NCBI RefSeq assembly: GCF_006345805.1
Contig: NC_042998.1
Location: 144,894,001-144,958,000 of the forward strand
Source of the DNA: Octopus sinensis
Taxonomy: Eukaryota
Direction of reading: 5' to 3'
Length of the DNA: 64,000 nucleotides
Shown here: positions 50,400-64,000 of the stretch, in pieces
Numbering within the stretch: position 1 is the stretch's first letter
How the letters are laid out: each line of letters starts with the position of its first letter
The notes under the pieces: model-generated
What the model was told of the DNA's origin: nothing
The model's input: the letters and a program-made list of their open reading frames with translations, nothing else
Databases searched by the model: none
Translations under genes and position numbers: made by a program

Positions 50400-50604
50400 A
50401 ATAAATATAACAAATAAGCCAGAATCCTTGTCCAGTACCGGAACAATCCCAAAATCTAATCAGTTTGTGCCAGTCATGAGGCCAAACATCCCTGAAAGTT
50501 TCATCCGAATCCATCCTGCAGTTCTTGACATATCTTGTCCACAGACAAAAACAAACAAACGTGACTGGAAAAAATACCTCCACTTTTGCTAAGGTGGAGG
50601 TAAT
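50400..50604 (-). mobile_element. Helentron/DINE-like non-autonomous repeat fragment
   Basis: Minus-strand 5' hairpin TTACCTCCACC-TTAGCAAAA-GTGGAGGTA followed by GTTTG repeats; a partial second copy lies near 49740. Classification is from recognition only. Confidence 0.4.
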
Positions 50605-50624
50605 AAGGGTAGAAGTAGCAATGA

Positions 50625-51245
50625 TGATAATAACCCTTTCTACTAAAGGCACAAGACCTGAAATTTTGGGAGAGGTGACTAGTCAATTATATCGACCCCA
50701 GTGTTTCACTGGTACTTTATTGACCCAGAAAGGATGAAAGGCAAAGTTGACCTTGGCCAAATTTGAACTCAGAACATACAGGCGGATGAAGTTCCACTAA
50801 GTATTTATTCCGGCATGCTATTGATTCTGCCAACTCACCACCTTAATAATAATAATAGTTTCCAATTTTTCCACAAGGGCAGCAATTTTGAGGGAGGGGA
50901 TAAGTCAATTTCACCAACCCCAGTGTTTCACTGGTACTTATTTTATTGACCCCAAAAGGATGAAGGTAAAGTCAACCTCGATGGAATTTGAACTCAGAAC
51001 GTAGCAACAGAAGAAGTACTGCTAAGCATTATGTCAAGTGTGCTAATGATTCTGCCAGCTCGTTGCCTCAATAATAATAATGGTTTCAAATTCTGGCACA
51101 TTGCCAACAGTAGTAATAGTAATAATCCTTTCTTCTGAAGACACAATGCTTGAAATTTTGGGAGAGAGAACTAGTCGATTACAATGACCCCAAAAGGATG
51201 AAAGACAAGGTCGACTTTGGTAGAATTTGAACTCAGAACGTATAA
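50625..51245 (-). mobile_element. Second head-to-tail array (about 3.5 copies) of the same SINE as 16610-17265
   Basis: Units start near 50635, 50857 and 51123, each preceded by (AAT)n-like runs; GAATTTGAACTCAGAAC occurs three times. Confidence 0.8.
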
Positions 51246-51522
51246 AGAAAAAAATAATAACAATAATAGTTATGAAAATGGTAATAATAATTATGATGGT
51301 AAGAATAATGATAATAATTATAGTAACAATGATATTAGGAACAATAGTGATAATAACCTAGGGTTCTATATAATAAATCCAAAATGACCAGCTTGAATTG
51401 GGAAAACATATATCAGCCGTATCATATATTAGTGCAAAAAAGATTTCTAGCTCAACATCTAATATTAATAACAGATGAAATGTGAACTTTTCTGATAAAA
51501 TATCTCTCAATAATAGGATTAA

Positions 51523-53586
51523 CCCTTTCGTTACCAAACCGCCCAAAGCTGCCCGAAAAAAATTTTGGTTAATGTGACCAAACCGCCCGAATTTACCTAT
51601 TCATATTTAAATGAGAATATCAGAGCAAATCTCTTTAGTACATTCGTGAAAACACGTGATTATGCTTCGTAAACAGTTCATCTACAGTTTTGTACAAAGA
51701 TCGACGTGTAATTTTAATTCCCTGAATTTTGGGAGATTTTTTTCCACATTTTTTTCGGCATCGATTTTTCTTCAACTTTGAAAATAGATAGGAGTTTCAT
51801 ATTATCAAGCATTGATTCCGAATTGGAAAATTTGTGAAACAAATACTGGGTACTGTTGTGGATTTAGTTTTTATACAGGGAAACTAATGTTAGTCAGCAT
51901 GGCTTAGGGTATGATGTGGTCTGGAAGTTATTGTTTGAAGCGATCAATGCGGAAACAAACTTACGCAGAATGTAAACAAACACAAAATGGGGGTTCAAAT
52001 TTCGGAAAATTTGTGAAGCAAATACTGGGTACTGTGTGGATTTAGTTTCTATACAGGGAAAATAATGTTAGTCAGCATGGCCTAGGGAACGATGTGGTCT
52101 GGAATTTATCACTTCTATACCATAACCAGGGCCGTATATTATGTTTTCACCGATTTCTTTAGTTCAGTCAAACTTACGGTGGATTCCAGTATTTCACTTT
52201 ATTCCACCTTTATGGTACACCTGTTGTGCATTAACCCTTTCGTTACTATATTTCTGACCAAAATACACCCCTTATGTGTTTCAATTAATTTCTAACGTAA
52301 TCATAAATTTAGACTGGTTTCATTAAACAACTATAACTTTTTTATTTATCAATCAATATATTAATGAAATTTTTGGAAGATAATTTAATGAAATGTTCTC
52401 AACCAATTCTATATTATAATTTTTGTCACAAAGTGACTCTAATTGCAGGTAGATACAGGTAAATTCAACAAAATATAAAATTATTAAAATTTTGTTCAAA
52501 CATCGCTATAGAAAATGGGTTATACAACAAAATTTTACGATAGAATTTGTTATTCTGAGTAACTTTCTGATACCCATAATAATATTTATGGCAAAATAGT
52601 CTTAATTTCATTTAAGGTTGTGGGAAACCACTAACTATCCTTTCTTTCGCTTTGTTTACATTTAGCGTAACGGTTCATTTCCGCCGTAATGATTTCAAAT
52701 AGGCTCATTCGAAGAAGTAAAAAGAAATAGTCTAAGGCTTTACTCTCCTGGGAAAGTCTGTGGCTTGGTCCAGTTTCTTCAGAAAAATCACCGAAAGAAA
52801 CAGTTTTTAAATTTTCACTCCATTCAGGTGCCAATTCATTTTCTTTATCGCTGTCGGAGCTCTCAGATTCACTGTTTTCACTTTCGGAAAATGAAACATC
52901 AGATTCATTATCAAATACCACGTGCTTTTTTTTTTTCAGTCATAGAGTTAGATTTATGAAGGTCTTCAGTAGAAAATCCTTCAAATTCTGACTCGCTGCT
53001 TGATATAATGAAATTCGTATCCATTTTTTGTCAGAATTACAAATTTTAAAAACACAATAGGAACAAATTTCGGAAAAAAATCTCCCAAAATTCAGGGAAT
53101 TAAAATTACACTTCGATTGTTGTACAAAACTGTAGTTGAACTATTTACGAAGTATAATACGTGTTTTCAGGAATGTACTAAAGAGATTTGCTCTGATATT
53201 CTCATTTAAATATGAATAGGTAAATACGGGCGGGTTTGGACACATTAACCAAAATTTTTTTTGGACGTCTTTGGGCGGTTTGGTAACGAAAGGGTTAAAT
53301 TCAACTGATGATATAGTGATGTGCACAATTCTTCTTTTAATATTTTTACCTTTTGCTCAATTTACCTGGATTTACCTGTAATTAAAGTCACTTTGAGACA
53401 AAAGTTATGCAATAGAATTGATTAAGGACCCTTTCTTTAATTATGTTCCAAATATCACATTAATATGTTGATAAGTAAAAAAAGTTACAGTTATTTAATG
53501 AAACAAGCCTAGATTCATGATTATTTTAGAATTTAATTGAAACTCATGAGGGGTGTATTTTGGTCAGAAATATAGTAACGAAAGGG
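51523..53586 (+). mobile_element. piggyBac deletion derivative (outer copy) hosting an inverted copy of its own family
   Basis: TTAA (51519)-CCCTTTCGTTACCAAACCGCCC ... GAAATATAGTAACGAAAGGG-TTAA (53587). Internal transposase scrap CE(T/A)NTGY..G..YDVVW is duplicated at about 51826 and 52005. Confidence 0.88.
52235..53294 (-). mobile_element. piggyBac deletion derivative (inner, inverted copy) retaining the transposase N-terminus
   Basis: TTAA TSD at 52231-52234 and 53295-53298; same two termini as the outer copy in opposite orientation. Encodes ..VFDNESDVSFSESENSESESSDSD..ALDYFFLLLRMSLFEIITAEMNRYAK..*WFPTTLNEIK. Confidence 0.9.
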
Positions 53587-53849
53587 TTAACCAGTTATAG
53601 AATTGTAAAAATCGTCTAAAATGTCCATTAGAAAACCAAACTTAGTTTATAAATGTTCAATAACAACAGGGGAATGTACTTATTATTGTATAGATATTTG
53701 TGCAACTAATTTTAAGTTGAATTGATATCACATTTCTTTGTTTAGACTACAAAAAAAAAAAAAAACTCCGCTTATTTAAATAAATTTGCATAATGTTTGG
53801 AAATTAAAATGTAACATGCCTTGAAGAAACTCTACTTACCCTTACATCA

Positions 53850-54530
53850 TCATTTAGCAGCTGCTTTCTATGTTGGCATAGGTTAGACCATTTGACTGGA
53901 ACTAGTAAGCTGGAGAGCTGCACCAAGTTCCAGTCTGATTTGGCATGGTTTCTATGGCTGGATGCCTACCCAACACAAACCACTCTAAGAGTGTAATGGG
54001 TGCTTTTTACACACCACCAGTGCAGATACTTCAATATGACACTGACACAAGTGCCAGTTATGTAACACCAGCATCAGCCACAGCTATGATTTCACTTGGC
54101 TTGATGGGTCCTCTCAAGAACAGCATATTGCCAAAGGTCTTGGTCACTTGTCATCATCTCCATGAGGCCCAATGTTCGAAGATCATACTGCACCACCTTG
54201 TCCCATGTCTTCCTGGGTCTACTCCCACCTGTACAGTTAGAGATCAGCACTTCTTTACACAACTGTCCTCATCCATATGCATCACATGGCCATACCAGTG
54301 CAGTTGTCTCTCTTGCACACCACATCTGATGCTTCTTATGCCCAACTTTTTTCTCAAGTCACTGACACTGTCATACATGCACACTGACATTGCACATCCA
54401 GTGAAGCATACTAGCTTCATTTCTTTCAAGCCTGCACATGGCCTCAACGGTCAAAGCCTATGTTTCACTGCTGTATACCATGGCTGTTTGCACACTGGCA
54501 TCATACAATCTGCATTTCACTCTAGAGGGA
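53850..54530 (-). mobile_element. RTE LINE 3' fragment
   Basis: GLKEMKLVCFTGCAMSVCM..SVSDLRKKLGIRSIRCGVQERQLHWYGHVMHMDEDSCVKKC plus the tail. Confidence 0.85.
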
Positions 54531-57500
54531 GAGAACATATTGAATAAAAGAAATGAATTATTGTTAAGATGTTCACATTTATTTAGAAACTTTACAATCT
54601 TTCCAAATAAATGGAGTACTTAGTGTATCCTAATATAATAGGTTGGGTCTTCCTTCTTGGCCCAGTATATTTAATATACTTAAAGCTAGTATTATTTAGT
54701 AGATATATTAATATTTATTGCATCTAATTATTTTCCTTATCTTAATCTTGTAATTATTGTTATAATTATCACTATTATTGTTGTTATTATTATTTAAATT
54801 TTAAAATTCTACAATTTGATTATTTAATGAACAGCTTAGCTCTACATACCTCTCTTTGTATTTGAAGTGGTCAAAAATAGTTTAAATGCAGTAGGAATTT
54901 TGTCATTTCATATTACAATTCTATCATGATCAGATAAATATAATTTCTAATTTAAATCTGCCAGTATATACCTTCTTGCACTTTATAATGATCAAATATT
55001 GTTAGTTTTACTATCTCCCTTAAAATGCTCTCCATTCCAAGCAGTGTTGTGCAGATTTGATAAGTATAAGATGGTGTTAAACATCTAAATCTGTAGAATC
55101 TTAGTCAGTCAAAAAGGGGATTAATATGCATGATTACTTTTACTGAATAGCAGAATTATGTAATTACCCATCTATTCAAAACATGTGTTAGGTGATTTAG
55201 AATGCATAATCCTCCATTCTTTTGTGCTTTTCTACTATACTCTGGTGACCTTATACTGAATCTATTCGATCTTTTACAAATTGGACAAACAATGGAAAGT
55301 AAATTTATGGCATACATAGATTACAATGACTTGTATTGGACAATTTAGTTGGTCAAATTCAACTCCTACAGAGTGCTTTTAAAGTATTTGCCTAGATTTT
55401 TAATCCCTTTGTGTATGTGTGTGTGTAGGTGGGCAGAATGATGAAAATAGTGTTATCAGCATAAATGGTATGGAGAGGAGATGGATGGGGGCATGTGGCT
55501 ATGAAGGTCTTTAAAATGAAAACAAATACATATAAAAAAAAATCATGTAATTATAACTTTCTCAAATTCATCTTTCAATAATCCATCGCTTCAATCATCA
55601 TACTCAAATGAAATTCATGATAGTGTTTGCATGGTTGAAAAGCTTGTTTCCCAGTTGAGTGGTCTTGGGTTCAGTCCCATTGCATAACTTCTAGGATAAG
55701 TGTCTTCTATAATAGCCTCAGGCCAACCAGAGCCTTGTGAGTGGACCTGATAGATGGAAACTGAAAGAAGCTTATCATGTGTGTACATACCCTTGTCTAG
55801 ACATCACTTGATGGTTGTAAATGAGCATCATCACCATATAAGTGAGGTTGTTTGTTTTCAGTCTTCTGTGTAAAACATGTCAAGCTGTGAGAAAATATTA
55901 CTTTGCTTGGGAACATGTGAGGTTTGGCAACAAACCTGCAGAAAATTTGCCTCAGCAAATTTTATCAGACACATGCAAGCATGGAAAAGTGGACATCAAA
56001 TGATGATGATGGCCAATAACTATTCTATGAGCAACAACTAACTTCAAATTCTTCAAACCATCAATCACATAACCTGCATTCTTTTTCATTCCAAGGCAGA
56101 AAAGTTATTATCAATAAACTTTTAGAATATAAAATAGGTATCACTATAGAGTGCCGTACAATGAAGACAAGAATAGTTTGAACAGAAAATCACACTTTTT
56201 GCTTCATCATTTTGATGTCAAAATAATTTTTTCGCATGAAAAATTATATACCATTTGAAAATTCTGGACGGGAACTTTCTTCTCATATAATTTTAATTAA
56301 AATCTGACAGTTACATATCATGTCAAGGTCCCTCAAACAACCTGTTAATTCCACACATCTACAATGTTTGTTAATTTTTTTTTTTTTTTTTTTTTTGGAC
56401 AGCTGAACAATAGCCTCTGTTCTAGTTCAATGTGCTGGAGTCATGTTGAAAATCATGTAGTCATGAAGAGGAATATTTTTGCTTTATTTTGATATAAATA
56501 TTGATGGGTGTAGGTCAGATAATCATTACAAAATATAAAAGTGAAAATTTTATCATTCATTTTCACCTTGAAAAGAACATTTTCGAGATTTTTATATCAT
56601 AAAAATAAATTCCTCAAGAATTCAATATGGTCGTTGCTGAATCCAGCCACGATATGGCGAAAAAGCATGTCAGTAAAAAGGGTGGTATACTGACCCTACT
56701 TGCCAAACTGACATATCTATATGTGGCAATAGGTCAAATGGAATGCTAATTCAAAGCTTCAAATATCAAGTTTGAGCAAAAATTTCAAGAAATGGACAAG
56801 CTAATTACTAAGTAAACACACATTTCTACAAAAAAAAAAAAGCACAAAATTGAGCCCAAACTTAGCATGTCATATTAAGAATGTTGTTTATTTCCTCTGG
56901 CTGCTTTAACAGCGTATGGAGAGCTGCTAAGCAAACCTTGCAGATATCCTAGTACAAGTAAATTTCGTTTTCCTTTGAGAAATATTGGTTAAATTTTACC
57001 AATAAAAATTATATTCCCTCCTCTCTGTTAGGAGACACAAGCACTTACACACACACATACATACCCAACAGAAACTTCTTCCCAGCAAATTCAATCACAA
57101 GGCTTTGGTTGGCTCAAGGTTATAGCCGAAGACACTTGCCCAAAGTGCCCACACAGTGGGATTGAACCTGAAACCATGTGACCAGAAAGCAAACTTCCTA
57201 ACCACAGAGCCATGCCTGCAACTACAATGTGCAATGAACATAATACTGAAAACTATTAAAGTCAGATGTAATTTTTTTCCTGATTTTGAATATAGTCAGA
57301 TAATTTGTTATTGTTTACATATTTGTTTTAGGTTTGTTTTGTCTTTCCTCTCTCTCCTACTAACAAGTTTGCTGTAACTTACAGATGTTTTTTATGTCTT
57401 ATGCTTAAAAGCAAGGAATTAATTTTCACATTTTATTTTATTTTTACTCTAGGTCTGCATATGCAATTCTGAGAAAAGTACCAGATGGTTATGGGATGTG

Positions 57501-58904
57501 GAAGAAACAACAGCTAAATCTCCCTTAAATCACACATATTTTCATTTGAAAATCATCATCATTGTTTAACGTTTTCCATGCTGGCATGGGCTGGATGTTT
57601 GACTGAGGTCAGGAGAGCCAGCAGCTGCACCAGGCTCCAATCTGATCTGGCAATGTTTCTACAGCTGGATGCCCTTCCTAATGCCAACCACTTTGAGAGT
57701 GTAGTGGGTACATTTTACATGCCACCGGCACAGGAGCCAGTCAGTTGGGCCTGGCATCAATTGCATTCAGATAGTGTTTTTTATGTGCCACTGGCACAGG
57801 GGTCAGTCAGGGGGTACTAGCATCAGCCACATTCAGGTGGTGCTTTATACGTGCCACCGACACGGGAGCCAATCAAGGGGCACTGGCCACAGCTACGATA
57901 TTGGTTTTACTTGACTCAACAGGTCTTCTGAAGCATATCATATCACCTGACACATCAGGGGTACTCTTAACTGGGCCGGCCATGCATGGCTGCGACCTCA
58001 CTTTAGTTGCCAGGGGGAAGGGGAGGGGAAAGGGAATCAAATTTTCAAAAAATTATTTTCATAAAAAGCTTACCTCTATCATTTCCAGAACTGTGACTGG
58101 AAGAAAAAAAATGAAAAGATCACCCCCATCAAAACAGAGAAAATCTAACTTATGTTGGCATCCCAATCTGAAACTGTCATTATACCTGTTTTTTGATAGT
58201 TCATTAAAATTTTATTGAAAATGCTGTAATGTTCCAAAATTTCAGGATTTATTTAGTTCTCTACCTATTACAAATGTGTTCCTGTGGCTTATATTTTTGG
58301 ATGTAGCTAAGTCTGAAAATACTGCAAAATTGACTGACATGTACCAAAATAGGCTTTACATAAATATTTTTAAAATTGCCAAAAACAAATTTTCTTTACG
58401 AGAACCTGGAAAAAACAACAGGCTACTATACTATGGTACTATTCATTTGTTTAATTTGAAGATGATTATCACCTCACTATCAAAGATATGACATTGTTGT
58501 AATCGCTAAAATATTCAATCTAAATTTCACAAATGAGGAATCAAAATGTTTCTTTTTGGGTGTTCTCCCAAGTAAAAGTACAGTAGAAATTACATTTCAA
58601 TATTTTCAAAATTCATAGTGATACCTACATAAAGAGGTGTCCCCCCACTGTACTTCTTAAGCTTTATATTCAGAACTTGTCCTTAGTGGTTGCTATGCTG
58701 CTGGATAACAACCTAGTCAAGATGAAATAGATCCTTCTACAATGATCACATTGATATTCTCAACAACAACCTGTTTATTTTCCTTGATACAAATTTTAAT
58801 TGTATCTTTCACACACTCACTCTCTCTCAATAACAACCTGTCATTATAGTGAAAGACTTATTTTAAATCTGTGTTGAGTTGTCTATATGTTGAAAGACAT
58901 ACAG

Positions 58905-59370
58905 AAATTCATACACACAAAAATAACCAAAAAGATTACATGTATCACACACACACAGTTTTTTTTTCTGAAGTATGTACTGCATTGTGATAGACTTGCA
59001 CTTAAAATTCTCATGTTTTTAACCAAAATTCATCACCATGGAGACAACATTATCTATCTATCTCTCTCTCTCATACACACACACTATTTCTCTCAAGAAC
59101 TTTTTCTCCTCACTTCTAAATAAATACACAGAAACACACACCAACAGCCAAAAAGATAACTATATTACATACACACACACACATAAATATATAGTTACTT
59201 TTTTTTTTAAGCCTGTATTGCATTGTGTTGACAGACTTGCACTTAAAATCCCTGCATTTCTAATCAAAACTTCTTAGTTACTATGATGACAACACTACCT
59301 ATCTTACACACACACACACTCTCTCTCTCTCTCACTGTATTTGTCTCTCAACCTTTTTTCTTCCCCTTCA
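58905..59370. repeat. Old two-copy tandem duplication, period about 241 bp
   Basis: GACTTGCACTTAAAAT at 58993 and 59234, with matching CCAAAAAGAT, TGCATTGTG and GACAACA context. Confidence 0.7.
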
Positions 59371-61174
59371 GAAATGTGATGGGTTATTGCCCCTTTTGAT
59401 TCCTCCCCTTCTTCCCTTCTAATAGATGTGATGGGCAGACATGGAGATCAGTTTCTCCTTTAGAAAATGTACAACCAAAGAACCAACAGGTCTACAACAT
59501 GTAATGAGACCTTCATTGAAATAAACAAGGAATCATTATTTTGTGTTGACAAAATCCCCTGGAGCTACTGACAATACATGCAACCCCAAAATGCTATGAA
59601 CTATTGTGTGTGGGTAACTGAGAAAAACACATTAGACACATACAAGATATGAACACATTGGTTTGAAAAGATGTTTGTTGCTAAGTGATAAGGCACCAGT
59701 CTGTTGCAGGGTTACTCATTTACAGCTGAGTGAACTGGAGTAGTGTAAAATGAAGTGTTTTGTTCAAGAACACAATGCACCACCAATTCCTGGAATCTAA
59801 ACCACAATCCTGTTATGAGTGCAACATGCTAACCAGTAGGCCACACATCTTCACTTACTTATTGATAATGTTGGAGGTAATATTGTTAAGGAAGAAGAAA
59901 ATTAAACTTCATAGAATAATATATGACCAAAAAAAAAAATGCAGTTAGCATAGAAAAATGATATAATGATGTTCCATGGATGATATCTCATTTCAGAAAG
60001 CTAAAAAAATATATATAAATTTTAATAGATATGAAAGCTAAAATTATTTCTATGCAATTATGAAACAAAGTAAAGAACAGAAAAAAGAAAATGTACAAAG
60101 AGCATCAACTTCTACCACAACCAAATTTTTCATTATGCAAGCATTTCAATATGTCTTTATTTCTTAACTGATAATTGGTAGTGTTACACCTAAACTGCTA
60201 TGTCTTCTACCATGGAGTAGCCTCAACAAGAAAGATCTTCATAAGTCCTTTCTCTTTGAATCAACAAGTAATAAAATCTCGCTATGTTACACACCTATCC
60301 AAGTATACATATTTTTGTCTTTATCTCAAATTTACAAAAAGAACAACAATAAAAGAGAAAAAAAAAGACATTTTCTGGAGCCACCCTATCTTAATCTAAC
60401 ATTATATGGCAGTCTCCTACATGGCTAAATATTTTCTGATTCAGATAGCATATAAATTCCAGATTTGAAAGTAGACATCAAAAATACATGAATATGAAAA
60501 CAACCATAACTAACAACAACAAAAGTTTTGCAAACAGTTAGAGAATCAAGTATATGTAAGGGGGAGGGGATTTCTACTGATGAATATACGCTAAAAATGG
60601 AAAAGTTATCATTTTCAGAATCTAGAGTATTTTGTTTTAGGAACTTATTACAAGATTGTTATCAAGTGCATGGATATGCTTTGTTTTATTTAGACATGTA
60701 TGATAGCATCTCTAAGTGGATAGGGAAAAAAAAAACACAACACACAAGCTATTATTACTATTAGAAAAGTCACTAGTAGTAGCATTATCAATAATTAATG
60801 AGTAGTAAGAATGCTGAAACGAAGAAATGAAATGAAATCAAGAGCAATACCAAGCTGAAGAGAACAAAATCATAAAAATGCTTTACATTTTTGTATTGTT
60901 GTAAGCAGGTTTACCATAAATGGTCTTTCAGTGTGTTGTTTCTAGTTTCAGCATCTACAGATAATCAAAGTAAAAGTTGTATTAATGCCAACCAGTCTTT
61001 CTTTTTTAAATAAACAATTTTCACTACTTAAAATATATTTAACACTTAATTTTAAGGAAATGAATTGCTTCTTGAAGAAAAATCTCTGAATTTGGTGATC
61101 AAGAATTAATATTGTGTAGAGAAAAACCATTACTCTAATTTCTAAATCGAATATATTGCTAGAATTTATTTTTT

Positions 61175-61343
61175 TTTGGCTGTGTGATTAAGAAGCTTAC
61201 TACTTAGTGCCCAATCAGGTCTAGGGTTCAGTCCCACTGCATGGCACCTTGGGCAAGTGTCTTCTACAATAATCCCAGGCTATAGTAGAAGAGTGACTTT
61301 TGGCAGAAGGAATCTGAAAGAATCCCATTGTATGTGTGTGTAT

Positions 61344-61382
<39 letters not shown>

Positions 61383-61640
61383 CACACTGTGCACACACAC
61401 ATACATACAGAAATATGTGTGCGTGTGTGTGTATACTCTTGTCTTAAAACGATGTTGTAAGCAAACCAGCAATAATGCTTGTTTTCCAAGAAAAACAAGT
61501 CAGGCTATGGGAAAACATAAACTTGCTTGGAAAGAGGTGAGGGCTGGTGACAGAAAGAGCAGCCAGCTGTAGAAAATCTGCCTCAACAAATTCCATCTAA
61601 CCCATGCAAGCATGGAAAGTTGATGCAAAACAATGATGAT
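61175..61640 (+). mobile_element. tRNA-derived SINE; related copies at about 23400-23700, 55620-56010, 62130-62545, 62780-63120 (+) and 32140-32295, 34400-34510, 57060-57215 (-)
   Basis: GGCTGTGTGATTAAGAAGCTT..GGGTTCAGTCCCACTGCATGGCACCTTGGGCAAGTGTCTTCTAC head and core, and CCATGCAAGCATGGAAAG tail. Confidence 0.8.
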
Positions 61641-63445
61641 ACAGTTTAGTATTAATATTAAGAAAGGTTGGTGTTTATTTACAATCAGTCCATCTCTACA
61701 AGGATTTGACTGAAATATATGTTATTGTACTAAAATGACCAGATGTAAAAATAATCATAATTTTAACAAAAGCAACATTTTTTTTTTTAATGATTTCATG
61801 TCTCAAAAATGATTCTTTGGTTGTTTATCATTGAATCAGGAAACTTAGAAAATATTTATTTTATTTTGGTAGCTTTGCTTTAAAAGATTCCAGAGTATGT
61901 TGGGAGAGTTCGAAAGTTGGATAAATAAAGAGATTAAAATGTGTTTTTACAATCTCAAACCACTAGTTATTTCTTTGATGATATCATATACTATTTTCAT
62001 TGAATTCATTATAAGCTCATTCTCTTCATTACACACACACACATAAAATTAAGAAAATGAACTTATATACCATCAAATATGTAGTCTGCATTAAGTTTCT
62101 ATATATTTATTGTTTGTTAATATATTTGTGACAGTCGTGGTAAGAAATTTGCTTTGCTACCTCATAGTTTCAGGTTCAATTTCAACTGTGTGGAACATTG
62201 GGCAAGGGTCTTCCATTATAGCCCTGATTTGGCCAAAGCTTTGTGACTGGAGCTGGCAGACAGACTGAAAGAAGCTTGTCATGTGTATGTGTATATGTGT
62301 GTATCTGTTTTACTGTCTCCTTGCCTTTACATCAAGTGATAGTTGTAGCGAGTATCACCATCATATGTCTTTTGTTTCCAATCTTCCATGAAAAAACATC
62401 TGACCATGGGGAAATATTACTTTACTCAAAAACAGGTGAGGGTGGGCCACAAGAAAGACATCCACCTCAACAAATTTCAATCAATGCAAGAAATCATCAT
62501 TTTAACATTCACTTGGGAAAAGAGGATGTTAAAATGATTTCTCAGTAAGTTTAATAGATTAATTTGATTAATCTATGAAACTTTATTTTGAGAATATAGT
62601 AAATATAAGTTGATGACCACAGTATGTGTGTGCAGTGTTTGGTAGTAAAAATTGTTAGAAATCAATGTAATATATATATATATATATAATTACTTGAGTT
62701 AGAAACACTTTCTGACAATTGCAATAGGGTTCAGAAAAACATGATTTATTTATTTATTTAAATCATTTCTTCACATAGGCACAGGTACTGTTGTATGGGG
62801 AAGGAGCTCATTTTGCAACCACAAGGTTTTGAGTTCAGTTCCACAGCATGGCATTTTGGGCAAGTGTCTTTGATAGATAGAAACCATGTGGAAGCCTGTC
62901 ATACTTATGTGTGCATGTTTTTGTGTACATGTCATCTTCCACCACCACTTCTCAAGCTATTGTGTTTTGCTTACATCCCAGAAAAAGTATGGTAAAAGAG
63001 ACTGATAGAATAAGTACCACACTTAAAAAAAAAGAAGTACCAAAGATGATTTATTTGACTTAAACCCTTCGAAGCAATGCCTCAATATGGCTACAGTCCA
63101 ATGACAAAGTAAAAGAATAAAAGAACACACAACCAATCACTCACATACACACAGTCACACACATATGTATATATATTTATTCTCATATATATCTATATAT
63201 AGGAGGTATTGGTATATATAAAGCTGAGAATGTGTGTGTGTCTGTATGTGTGCATCACTAAAACTCAAGAACAACCCAATGGATTTCATTCAAATTTTAC
63301 ACATGCCTTACTTAGAGTCTATGCAGTGTCATGAGCCAAGAAAATTTTCAACATCTTGCCTAATGCGAGCCTGGAGCAATCTCCAATCTCTTACACTATT
63401 TCCGTATAACGAGTCATAAGTGAAACAATACCGTAGGAAAACGAC

Positions 63446-64000
63446 ATGCAGACCAGATACACTGGCCCGGGAAGAATTGTAATTCCTGAGTCAAAATCAG
63501 TGCGTGACCTGGGCATTGACATGAGCAATGATGCATCTTTCCAAGTGCATATTACTAATTTGGTAATAAAATGCAGACGACTAGCTGGATGGATTCTCCG
63601 AACATTCAGAACAAGAGAGAAGGAGACACTGATCGTCCTTTGGAAAACATTCGTCCTCAGCCACTTGGACTACTGCTCCCAACTATGGTCACCACACAAT
63701 ATAAAGTTAAAAGAACTCGAAGCAATCCAACGAAGCGACACTAAGAAGATCGTCTCAATGAACATATCAGCTACTGGGAAAGACTGAAAGTATTAAAACT
63801 CTTCTCTCTGGAGCGAAGGCGAGAGAGATATGCAGTGATATACATCTGGAAAATCCAGGAGGGTCTCGTCCTAAACTTTGGCATTCAAAGTTACCCCAAC
63901 AGCAGAACGGGGCGCCACTGCATGGTGCCAAAGATCCCAACATCACCATCAAAATACAGGACCAGATACTGCAACAGCTTGGGTTTCAGAGGACCACAGC
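63446..64000 (+). mobile_element. CR1/L2-group LINE RT C-terminal fragment (runs off the window end), joined to a Helitron-like 5' segment at about 63215-63445
   Basis: SKSVRDLGIDMSNDASFQVHITNLVIKCRRLAGWILRTFRTRE..LWKTFVLSHLDYCSQLWSPH..LEAIQR, then LKLFSLERRRERYAVIYIWKI. Confidence 0.88.

Noticed and set aside
59425-59505. Plus-strand polypyrimidine-AG followed by CDGQTWRSVSPLENVQPKNQQVYNM*
   Set aside because: Short, unrecognised, weak donor, and adjacent to a locally duplicated TGTGATGGG motif; no partner exons found.

Overview
AT-rich, microsatellite-rich eukaryotic genomic DNA, not prokaryotic. The SINE/LINE repertoire looks cephalopod (Octopus-like); that is recognition, not a database result. 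The only host coding sequence I can support is one minus-strand exon (ATG 9815, donor at 9613) encoding the N-terminus of a citron Rho-interacting kinase-like protein. The rest is intron or intergenic DNA packed with decayed transposons: two hAT/Buster elements, a Tigger/pogo element, mariner and maT (DD37D) remnants, piggyBac derivatives (one nested inside a copy of its own family), a Helitron, RTE and CR1-type LINE fragments, a Gypsy integrase scrap and many tRNA-derived SINEs. The most notable feature, invisible in the ORF track, is a set of minimal type I hammerhead ribozyme motifs in Penelope-like/retrozyme-like repeats. The best is a near-identical 363-bp tandem array plus one inverted copy (11008-12561), 1.2 kb upstream of the kinase exon, with four identical hammerheads that carry a compensatory U3:A8 core and a palindromic stem III. 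Further intact-looking or decayed hammerheads lie at about 24.5, 42.5, 44.5 and 47.2 kb. All folds were paired by eye, and none of the ribozymes has been shown to be active.
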